Shown piece after piece: positions 25,814 to 36,555 of a DNA stretch of 64,000 bases; positions within the stretch are counted from its first letter, which is position 1, and each line of letters opens with the position of its first letter. Below the pieces are notes generated by a model. That model had not been told where the DNA came from. It did no database searches and saw only the letters and a program-made list of their open reading frames with translations. A program made the translations under genes and the position numbers. Source of the DNA: Phoronis australis (taxonomy: Eukaryota > Animalia > Phoronida); contig NMRA01000282.1 of the NCBI GenBank assembly GCA_002633005.1, forward strand, positions 206,349-270,348, in the 5' to 3' direction.

Positions 25814-28800
25814 TGAACAAGTCAATATACCACCTGACCCACACCAAATTGCAACAAAAGGTTTTACAGTGGTTTTATGCTCTACTGGGTATGCTTATTA
25901 ACAGGAAAAAAAAGTCTACCAAAATCTGACCTCCGAAAATGGGTTAAAACTGCGTCATTTCTAAGATGGCCGCCACGACGTTTCAAAATCACCAAAAATA
26001 GATATAACTTCTTCAATAATTGAGATAGAGACATAATTTTGATTCTAGTCTATGGTTTTAAGGGGTGAACAACTAGCCGGTCTGGTTAAAACTAAGATAT
26101 GATCAGTATTTGATATGAAATTCAAAATGGCGGCTAAAATTCAAGAACAGAAATCACTGATTTGTCCTTCATCAATTATCACGAAAGTATGATTAGATAT
26201 GACTGATTTTTGATTGAATGATCTTAAAACATTTAGATTTGACTGAATTCTAACTGAACTATTTTAAAATGTGAACATTGCATTAATATTTAATATTTAA
26301 TCCAAAGCATTGGCTTGCATAAATGTAACAAAAATTGTCTAGTGTATATTTGATTGCCACTGTTTTTTATTTAAAAAAACACACAAGGAAACTAGAAGCC
26401 CAGGGCAAAATGTCAACATCTGTTTGAAGTGCCCCACAATAAGCCGCAATTGTGCAGATCATCGACAATCTTGAGAAGAAGTCTGTGGCTGGTCTGAAGA
26501 TGCTCCATACTGCTCAGGCAATGATCAAGGCAGATCGCATTCGGTCTTGGATGATGACTTGCCAGCTGTTGGTGATGCATTCCCAATATTTGCTGCAGCT
26601 GGACACCACAACTACCTGAAATCTGCTTACCTCTACATACAAGAAATGGCTGAAATGGAGAGCAAACACCCAGATGTGTATGTAAAGTTTCAAAAATGGC
26701 TTTCGTATGATTCGGCGAACAAACCAGTTTTGGGCAGGCCTCAGCTGTGATCTAGCCATTGAGAAAAATTACTAAATGCGATCGCTAAAAGGCACAGGCG
26801 GCTTGACTCATGGCAGTAAGATGACAGAGGAGCAACGAGCATTGTGGACAATATTGGTCACCGTAACGTCAGAGGTGAACATCACCTTGCAGGACTCAAA
26901 TGACCTCACGTACACAACAAGCGAACAACACAAACAAGCAACTGCTGCCAAACTTGAAGGAGATGCATGAGACTTTGCAACGATGAGCACAAAGCTGACA
27001 GCAATTTCACCCTTCTCCTCAGACCCTGCGCTATGCAATGTCATCATTGGTGTTGTCGCCAACGCAGATGTCAACGTGCATGGATATCAATCTGTTGAGA
27101 ATAAAATCATTGAGAGAATGGTTCGACAACACCTGTTTTCTTTCTCTTTAAAGTAGAGAGAGAATGCCAAGACCCTGGAAAATGCAGCTGCAGTCCAGGT
27201 TGGTTCTGACGGAACCATCGATCCTCTCTTACTCTTCCAGCCATCCCTGGTGGTATTCCGGTAAGACGACTTGTCTCTGGAAGAAGTTGTGAGTTTTGAG
27301 CTCAGTCCACACCCACAGTCTCTCTATGAGGACAACCTGATCTTGAAGAAGTCTGACAGACCTCAACTGGCTCAAGCCGTTTACGACCGCTGTTCCAAGG
27401 TCCATGCTTTTGAAGGAGCACCAAACTCCACACCTTCAGTACGTCTGCAGACTGAAAGGTATGCGCTTGATGGGAGATCTTTTCTGCACAAGCTCAAATG
27501 GAAGAAGAGATATGCCTATGGAAAAATTGTCAGAGCATACTCTGACTTCACGGCAAAGCACTCTGAGGCAGCCACTGTTGTCTTTGATGGCTATGGTGCA
27601 GGTCCTCCGATAAAGGATAACACAGAGACGTAGACAGACCAGCAGCTTTCCGACTGTGAACGTCACCAGAGAAACAGAATTTGGTGGTTAAAAGAGATGA
27701 ATTCCTATCCACTGACAGTAACAAGCAACAACTGATCGCCTTAATAAGTGACCAGCTGCGGAAAGTGGGATGCACAGCCGCTCAGGCAGAAGGGGACGCA
27801 GATGTGGACATTGCAAAGACAGCAATAAACAGTACAATATGCATTCCATCACAGTAATCTGTGAGGGCACTGACTTGTTGATGCTCCATTACTGTATGGC
27901 TGAAGGGAAACCACTATTTTTTCAGATCTGGCTACCAGTCAAGAACCAATCTGAAAGTATACGACATAAATTGGATGAACTGTGTGCTCAGGATTAATTG
28001 TGTACCCAGCTACTATTCCTGCCCTTCTTCGCATGATGCAACTCAACGTCTCTTGTATACGGCGTTGGGATGACTTCAGTCTCTCAGAAACTCATGAAAG
28101 ATGACCAAGTCCCCCAGTCATGCGCAGGGACATTCACCACGAAAGGTGTGAGCCCCGCTGAGAGAAACTTGGCAGTCAAGCGATGGTGGCAATGCTTGGT
28201 GGAGAGAGCACGTGTTCTCTGGTTTGCCGTGCATTACAACGTATTCACAAAGAAGCTTGCTGCTGCTAAGTTTTTCGCTACTCCAGAACGTCTTCCACCA
28301 ACGGAATCAGTCACCAGGTTTCATTGTCTCGAAAGTACTACCAAGTCATGGTTTGGATGGGGATTCAAATGACCGGGATCCTGTAGACTGGGGCTGGAGA
28401 CTTGAAGACAATCAATTCGTATGTCGTAACTGCCATGAATGCTGCACCAGACACTCCTCTAGATGATACACTGCAACGTACTGTCCTACAGCTGGTAGCA
28501 TGCCCCAGTGCAGTTGCAGAAAGAATGGGCTTGCAAGATTGTGCCTAGCGACGTATTGTGACAATCCACTAAATCAAATTTCTGAGGAACGTAAAGACAT
28601 AGATGAGGGTTGGCCTGAGGCAGTATGCATACGTGTAATGAACATAACATTCTTGGATGAAAATGTAACCTACTCGTTCATGCGTCATGTCGACGAATAA
28701 ATACCTTTTGTTCAGTCGTTTTTATACTGACAGTTGCCTTTTAGTTAAGGGGAATTTTTGCAGACTTAAGTTGTTGAGCATAATACAACCTATGCAATTG

Positions 28801-29594
28801 TACCTTCTGTCATTCTCTGTCAGTGCATTCCAAACACTGTAGTCCATTAGATTGCGGTCAGGACTTTGTGTAAAACATGTTGCAATTAACCCCAATTAGC
28901 TCGTTCTCAGGATTTGAAAACACCATGACTGCAAAATGTAGCACCCAACTGACTATAACAAAAGCCTTGAAAACATACTTCTGAATAAATTTATTGCTAA
29001 GTGTCACCATTCTTGATAATAACATTTTGTGTAATTATGTAGGCTAATTTGGCATCGACTTTTTGTGTTATGATCTTTTCTGCCTTGGAGCGAAAACACA
29101 ATGTATCGTTATATTTTTTATGGTGTACTGACAATAGATTGATATGCATGTGTGCAAAATTTCGTGCAATTTCAATGAATGTTTGTAGAAAATATAAAGG
29201 ATAAAGTTCGAAACGTTTCTTTGTCCCCGGACAAATCTTTTATTTTTCGTTCTTGAATTTTAGCCGCCATCTTGAATTTCATATCAAATATTGATCATAT
29301 CTTAATTTTAACCACATCAGCGAGTTGCTCACTCATTAAAACCATAGACTAGAACCAAAAGTTGTGTCTCTATCTCAATTATTGAAGAAATTATATCTAT
29401 TTTCGGTGATTTGAAAACGTATAATGGCGGCCATCTAGGAAATGACGCAGTTTTAACCTATTTCCGATGGTCAGATTTTGGTAGACTTTTTCCCTGTGAA
29501 TAAGTATACGCAGTAGAGCACAAAACCATTGTAAAACCTTTTGTTGAAATTTGTTGTGGGTCGGGTGGCTTTTTGTCATAAATTGACTCGTTCA
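25814..29594 (+). mobile_element. Academ (AcademX-type) DNA transposon, decayed, with both ends and a 3-bp TSD
   Basis: ~335 bp imperfect TIRs (25814-~26148 / ~29249-29594), TG...CA termini, and direct repeat AGC on both sides (25811-25813, 29595-29597). Internal transposase, XPG-like and Cys-rich remnants. Confidence 0.8.
26390..28570 (+). pseudogene. Academ transposase C-terminal half with XPG/PIN-like nuclease and Cys-rich (CXC-like) domain, frameshifted
   Basis: Fragments FAAAGHHNYLKSAYLY, FWAGLSCDLAIE, MRSLKGTGGLTHG, FELSPHPQSL, YALDG, VVFDGY..IKD, QAEGDADVDIA, EGTDL, PERLPPT..FH, DPVDWGW and CSCRKNGL, spread over several frames. Confidence 0.8.
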
Positions 29595-32500
29595 AGCAGC
29601 TGGTGTGAGGAAAAGGGTAAATACTCACGAGTCAACTTACGGTAGACCGGCCTCCAGATCTAAGGAATCTCAAGAGTTCCTGATGACAAGAGAATCTAGA
29701 AAAGCGACTCGACTTAACTGGTCATCTAGGTTGTTGACATGTACACTGAAATCTAAAACGTTCTCCCTCCTATAGATGTTAAACGTGCCAACTATGTATC
29801 TCAACTGTTCATGACACTCCATAAATAAGTTGCCCACAATACGAGGAGAGACTTGGCTTCTCGTTGCCGCACCCGGCCATGTTTCCGTTTACAATAGGTA
29901 GAATGAACTTCATTGGACAACGATATAGTTTTACTACATTTTTAATGCAGTGGAAAATTAAGATACCCACTCATTTAGACTGTGTAAAAGTGTGGTGTTG
30001 ATCGCTGTTGTGCCAGCTGATACGGGCTGGAAGTGTGGGGAAATCGCAATGCTTTGTCAACCTCTGACCCTCTGTACTTAAAGCCTGAAATTTTGAACTT
30101 AGCTGCAGAGTTAATGAGTATTGTTTAACGTCTTGATGAAGCCAAAGACTTGATTTATTTAAAATTATAAGCAAATAATTATCAGTAATTTTTGTTATGC
30201 ATTGCAAATAAGCCATTTTCGGTGGGTCCATTGCATGGTTTACCACCAAAATAGATGATCCTTGATTTCTCCCCCTTAAACAAGGTAAAAATTTAATGAG
30301 GTTTGACTTTACTGTTTTGTTTACCACCCCAAAGGTAACTAAAATGCATAGTATGGTTCAAATCCGTGAGATTGGGTTTATCACCCCTCTGGGCATTTTT
30401 GCCTGCTGTGAACAGTGCTTCACTCTCAAGAACAGCGTTCCAGGACCTTTAGCTATAGACGGGGGGAGGGTCTGTCCCTCTTTTCCAAATTCACCTATAA
30501 CTGTCGTGTATCTAATATGTTTTGCTCGTTGTACACAGATCTCTCACCTCTTGGCAAGTCATGCCCGTTTGTATTTTCTGTCGGTAGTGTGCATGTCATT
30601 GAACCGAGCAGGCCTACAGCTGCACAAGAATCCCCATCACTCAGACATGCTTACGTCGGATTTTCGAACACAGTTCTGCGGTACGGTTGTTCTATTTCAC
30701 TCTCAAAAGGCAGAGTCTTTCTGTGTAATCTTAAAATTCACCTCATGAACGTCAAAAATTGCCAAAAATTAGCTGTGTTCACACGATCAAAAATTATGAG
30801 AAAAAGTCCAGAATAAAAACATCGCATCAGACTGGCGTGAACGAGCCTAAAGATTTTTCTGACTAAACTGACTAATAGAAGAAATACTTTTATCCTTTCA
30901 GTTTTCAAGAGATTCGTAATCAATGTCGGTATGTATAATGTTTAAATTCAAATAAGTTAAATATAGACAACACTATTTTCACAGTAATAATATCCCATAC
31001 AATGCAAATCACAGATCATGACATTTTCCTGAATTCAAACATCAGTTCAAACAATAAATTAAACAAACAGCCATTCTTTATTAACATCAGAATTTCAAAC
31101 GCCGTCTTATGCACATGACCTGCAAAAACACATCATTAGGAATTCTCATAAAATACACGAACCATGTTCCTTTTCAAAAACACACGCCCAAATGTAAACT
31201 TTGTCAAAATAAGTCATTGAAACTCTCAAATTCATACTCATAACAAGAGGAGAGAAGAGCGTTGATAGGCACACACTGTGTGCATCAAAGCAGATCAAAT
31301 ACAAGGGATGGTCAATATATTAAACATTCCCAATAAAGGGAGCATTGCTAGTCAACTGAAAATAGCCACTTGGGCTTGTAAGCAGGGGCTGTTATGACCA
31401 ATGACAAATTTTTCTAAGTGAGGTGTGGTTCAATAAATAGATTTAGTTGATAGAGATAATTTTGTTTTGTAAAGTTTATCGACGAGAAACGTATTTTTGC
31501 AAATCAAGTCAGCAAGGCTCTACTCACATCTGCACCTTTTGTCATGACATAGGGAAGGGGGGAAAAAGCACAGACACAAAACTACTAAAAGGTCCGTAAG
31601 GGGACACAACATCAATCAAATACTTCTGAAACGGGGCAGGTGCTATGGTTTACGTCCTGGTAACTAATTTGCCAAATTTCAGGAACAATCAACAAAAGGC
31701 TTCGTAGAGAAAAACAAAACTTTCAGAAGGGGACTATGTGATAGTGGGATTTGTCCCAAAATCCATGTCAGTTGTTCTCTTCTCAAGAACAACACATACC
31801 AGTTTTCATGTACATCCACCAAGGAAAAATGCAACAAGGGGGCACCACAGCAACCAGAACCGCCCGAAAATAATCCTAAGGTGATCTCTTCACAGTAGGA
31901 ACATACGCTAATTTTGACAATGACCTTTATGGTGGTTAGGCTGATAAAGGTGGATGCCAAAAAGACTTGGTACTAATAAAAAATAGCCTCAATGTGGTGT
32001 TCAATAGGTCTCGATCCATCTGAAAATGGGAAGGTGTGGTCTCCTTAATAGAAACCCATTTGTCAAATTTCCTGATCATCTGTCAAGGAAATCAATAGTT
32101 GGATCTGTCTAAAAGTCCGTCACCAGTTGTCATGTTCATAGAGATACACTTGCCAAAATTATCAAGATCCTGTAATGTTTAAAAGATACAGTTGCAGACA
32201 CAAAGAAAAACTGCCACTAGGGGGTGCCACAGTAGCCTAAGCTGTCAGAAAATTACTGTCAACCCCTGTCTTCTCTTTATAAGCAAATCTGTTAATTTTC
32301 ATGATTCTTTGAGCAGTGTGGCGAACAGAGAGGCTAACCCCGCGAACAGACTGAAAAATGGCTAAAATAGTCATTTGGTGGCACAGAATATGTCAAATCC
32401 ATACAAAAACAGGTAGGCACCGTCTTCTCTTTAATCTACACCTATTTGCCAAATTTCAGAAAATCCATCAAGGAACTACAAAGATACAGACAATAAAATG

Positions 32501-33330
32501 CCACTAGTGTGCACACCGGTAGTTGGATCAATCCAAAAATTTGCTCCTGCCATGACGAAAACATGTCAGTAAATTTTACAAAAACATTCACCGGTTTTGA
32601 AGAATCATCGGCAGATTCTGCATAGATAGGAGTAACAGTATAATGTACCCACATGCAAGAGTATATATACAATATACAATACACATATACATATACATAT
32701 GGACCCATAAAATTTAATTGCACTTACGCAAGTTGAAAGTCAAAACTTTCAGAATCTTTTCAAAGTACACTAACAATCAGAAATAGTTGACTAGGTCAAA
32801 AATAGCATAAGTGGTTCTGCCCTGAGCCTGAGGGCTTAAATCCTCACCTAAAGTATATCTATAAACTCTTAATATGGAAATGTTTAGGGCTTAAATCAAG
32901 TCATGGAAAAATCCTTGTTTCAGACACTATACAATATCCTGAATAATTATCCAGATTACCTATTGCACAAAATTAGAAACTCTCTTGTCCTATTGTAAAG
33001 CCTCAAAAAATCCTCTCCCTACCACAAAACAGGAGCTTAAGGATATCAAATATGAAGAATTCTATTTAAAAATCTAAGAAAAGTCTAACAGAGTGTGTTC
33101 AACCCCTCTGTAAAACAAACTCGTGCAAAACATGTAAAGATAATTTCACTTCACAAAAAATTCTGCAAAGACTAGCATAAACAGGCCTCTCGTGAAAAAA
33201 TACCAATTAATACTGGCCAATCACTCTATTCAATGACTTTTAACTGTTTCTAAAAATTGTGAATTGAAAAGGGCCAAAATCAAGATTGCCTTAGAAATGT
33301 ATGAAACCAAGTCTCTCACAAACTGAATAG

Positions 33331-33577
33331 AAATGTTAGTAACTGATACATTGCAATGCACCATCATACACAAGACATACGGTACAAGACAAAATGTTAG
33401 TAACTGATACATTGCAATGCACCATCATACACAAGACATACGGTACAAGCCAAAATGTTAGTAACTGATACATTGCAATGCACCATCATACACAAGACAT
33501 ACGGTACAAGCCAAAATGTTAGTAACTGATACATTGCAATGCACCATCATACACAAGACATACGGTACAAGCCAAAA
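33331..33577. repeat. 61 bp tandem repeat, 4 near-perfect copies
   Basis: Unit aaatgttagtaactgatacattgcaatgcaccatcatacacaagacatacggtacaag(a/c)ca starts at 33331, 33392, 33453 and 33514. Confidence 0.95.
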
Positions 33578-33827
33578 ATATTGAGACAAAATAACCTGTT
33601 GGTTGCCACCCTAATGGTTATTACCAGAACTTTTTGTTCTTAAAGGAGCTAGCCGTCAAGACGGGGAAAACAATAATTTGTCTGATTAATTTTGTCTAGT
33701 AATTTTACGAACACAACATGATCATTGTCTCGACACCTTACAAATTCTATGGCCAAAAACTAACATTATCATGTTACATAAAGCTATACCACTGGTGCTC
33801 TATAGCCAAGTGCCTCTCAAGGGCAAT

Positions 33828-35126
33828 TTACTCCACAGCGTTAGGTACTGCTGCTCCGCCAGGTCTCAAAGACGAGTACATTCCGATGTGATGTACAAGA
33901 TTAGGGTTAACGTAATACGTCTTCAGTCCCGAATTCTTGATGAGGTCTTGAAGGACTAAGTCTTTGGCACTGCCTTTCTTACATTCGACGTTATTCAACA
34001 TATCTACATACTTGTGAATCACACCTCCAGGGAATAACATTGCTGGCATGCAGCAAGAGGGCGCTGGTGTCACAGAATACAGATGCGGCGAGATTCGACG
34101 AAGCTCTGATAAATTCTGTCTCCCTATACACAGCGCGACTAAAGATGTGTACAACATGAATGCAAACCAAAGCGAATATAAATACCGCGCGGCTGTCTTG
34201 TCCAGGTGCAAATAGAGAAACAACAATAGAGTCCCAAACACACATCCGATGGATAAAAGTTCGGGAATTCTCTCCACTTCCAAGTTAATGTAACCCAATA
34301 CTCGATCAGGATGAAACAACTTAATGAAAAAAGCATGTTCCACTTTCCCCACCAATCTGAAGTTCAAAATATTATCAAGAACTTGGAATGTATCATCTCG
34401 TAACAGAGCATCATCTTCTAACATCAAATAAAAGCTGGCATTGTAAGCCATTGTCGCCTGTCGAACGCAAAAGACATAATCTCTTCTCTCTTTTTCGTAT
34501 CTATTAATTTCAGGATCGACTTCTTTCCCAACATATTGCACAAACTGCTTTATATTTAGCGTCTGGCTTAAGCGATGGGCCTCGGCATAGCTTTTTGGCT
34601 CATCATCAACATTGCAAATGGCTACACTCACACTGAAGTTAAAGTCTGTTGCTGACGTAATCTGAGACACAACTGAGGTCAAAGATTGTGTCAAGTACCT
34701 CGGGTCATAACCATCCTCGTGACGATTTCTCGACACAGTGACGAAAGTGATAGCAACACGAGTTTGATTATTTTCCACAGACATAGCATCAAGTCTCTGC
34801 TTGATCGATTTGTTATTTTGCAACACAAATTCAGCTAGTTTCAGTCGCTGTGTATTCTCGATCTTAAGCCTTTTAATAGCTGTGTCTTTTGTTTCCGTGT
34901 TTAAGTAGTACAAAGAGTGCCTTGTTTGTACACAACAAATGGGTAACACAACAAGAAACGTTATTAGGTAGATGCCAAATATTTGTCGGAATGTGGGATG
35001 TTTTGTGATGGAGAGCACAGACAGCAGACATTTTGCGCAACGAGGACAACGCGGACGTCGATAACAAATGTTCCCGCTACAAATGTGCCGGCAGCAGCGG
35101 CGTGGAGAGATCACCATCCTTCGCAT
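33828..35126 (-). CDS. PGAP4: GPI-N-acetylgalactosaminyltransferase PGAP4/TMEM246-like, paralog B (432 aa from first ATG, single coding exon)
   Basis: Intact ORF with the same hallmarks (YLTQ, ICNVD, YEKERRDY, LEDDA, KLFHP, TM hairpin, CCMPAMLFP, AKD, HIGMYSSL). First ATG at 35126, with an in-frame TAA upstream (35141-35139). Confidence 0.93.
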   Translation of the reverse strand: MRRMVISPRRCCRHICSGNICYRRPRCPRCAKCLLSVLSITKHPTFRQIFGIYLITFLVVLPICCVQTRHSLYYLNTETKDTAIKRLKIENTQRLKLAEFVLQNNKSIKQRLDAMSVENNQTRVAITFVTVSRNRHEDGYDPRYLTQSLTSVVSQITSATDFNFSVSVAICNVDDEPKSYAEAHRLSQTLNIKQFVQYVGKEVDPEINRYEKERRDYVFCVRQATMAYNASFYLMLEDDALLRDDTFQVLDNILNFRLVGKVEHAFFIKLFHPDRVLGYINLEVERIPELLSIGCVFGTLLLFLYLHLDKTAARYLYSLWFAFMLYTSLVALCIGRQNLSELRRISPHLYSVTPAPSCCMPAMLFPGGVIHKYVDMLNNVECKKGSAKDLVLQDLIKNSGLKTYYVNPNLVHHIGMYSSLRPGGAAVPNAVE

Positions 35127-35142
35127 CACCACTTCAAGTTAT

Positions 35143-35160
35143 CTGAAACATAAACAAAAC
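35143..35160 (-). other. Probable splice acceptor of a 5'-UTR intron of PGAP4 paralog B
   Basis: Minus strand reads gttttgtttatgtttcag|ataac, 16 nt before the ATG. Confidence 0.65.
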
Positions 35161-35670
35161 ATGTAAACATGTCTTAGAGGAAACAGATGACCTAACAAAG
35201 AATGGCATAAATATCACAGTGAAAATTTACTGTGTGCCTTGCGTTATGTAAGGAAGCTAGGAATATTTTTGTGAACAAAAAATAATAACAGTTTAATACT
35301 AATAATTACTGCTGGCCAACAAGCCCAATATCCAATTTGCTCCAATGTGCATGCTCAAACTAACTTCACATCAAGTGAAAATGACAACATAAGTGGTAGA
35401 TGTTCAGGTGAGGGTCATGAAAGTAAGACACATGCTGCTGAAACAAGTGTACTTGCATGTGTGCATCTATTCCTGTGATTTTATTTGACCAATCAGCATT
35501 CCCCATTAACTGTGTCAGTTTGTTTAAGGCAGCTGAGCACAGGCATTGGAGCAAATTGGATATTGTTTTTTTTCAGCGACAGAGATATGGAATTAGAGGC
35601 ATATTGCCTACAGAAGATCAGATGGTGCACTTCATCTATACATTGGTTGTATCCTTGGCAACACGTAGCC

Positions 35671-36431
35671 CCTCATCAAAAATACACTTTACATTTAAAA
35701 TTGCCACTTAAAAAAGCACTTACTTTCTTCAGTGATCTTTCCTGGCTCTAAACATGTCCCCGATGAAGGATGTCTACGGGCATTAAGGTGACTTTGGCTA
35801 AGAATTCCAACTCGACTTTTTTGGCAGCCTTGGACAAAGTTTGTGAACAGGAGTGATTTCACGTAACTTCTTCAAAATTCCACACCTGGTGAGGAAGCTT
35901 GAGTGTTAACTAAATCATATCCAAAGTCATGGCATACAGCAATGTTCGTTTAGTGAGGATACAACAAGGCAATTACATCGCCTTGTAAAGCTGCAGCATG
36001 CAGTGGCAATAATACACCCCCACAAAAAGTTACTTGAGTTTGTCTTACCGGGTGCCATTTTGAGGAACCTACGTGAAATCACGTATATTGACGAATAAAA
36101 AGTTCAAAGGACACAAATCTTACGAATTTCACATAGTACCTTCTCATGCTATTTTGCAAGTGTCATGTGCTAGCGTCACTCGCTTTGCTCAGTCTCGCGC
36201 TAGCCTTTGCCTAACTCATGTAACTCAGCCGACATACTTTGTGGTTATTACGTGCGTGGTGAAAAAGTTAAAGTAACCAAAAAAGTGGAGTTGGAATTCT
36301 TCGCCAAAGTTATCTTACTTCTCCCAACTAAGCTTCATCGAAGATATGTATAGAAGTAGAAAGGACCAATAAAGAAAGTGAGCGCTTTTTTAAGTGATAG
36401 TTTTTAAGTGTGGAATGTATTTTTGACGAGG
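35671..36431. mobile_element. Degenerate TIR element containing a nested Kolobok-like MITE (35787-36314)
   Basis: Outer imperfect inverted arms ~35671-35770 / ~36333-36431. Inner ttaa|ggtgactttggctaagaattccaactc ... gagttggaattcttcgccaaagttatc|ttac. Confidence 0.6.
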
Positions 36432-36555
36432 TGAAAACTCAAGTTCAATTACTCTCAGATTTGACATGCTTGGAGTTATTCCAGAAGTGCCCGACAGACG
36501 TCCATATTAAATAGTAGTTGTATACGTTTCTCTTTATTTAGTGTATAGTTGAGGG

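Noticed and set aside
33331-33577. Possible CRISPR-like array
   Set aside because: Units are contiguous and identical with no unique spacers, there are no cas genes, and the context is eukaryotic. It is a simple minisatellite.
22868-35126. PGAP4 pair as an assembly or haplotype artefact
   Set aside because: The proteins differ at many positions with indels, the flanks are unrelated, and no N join lies between them.
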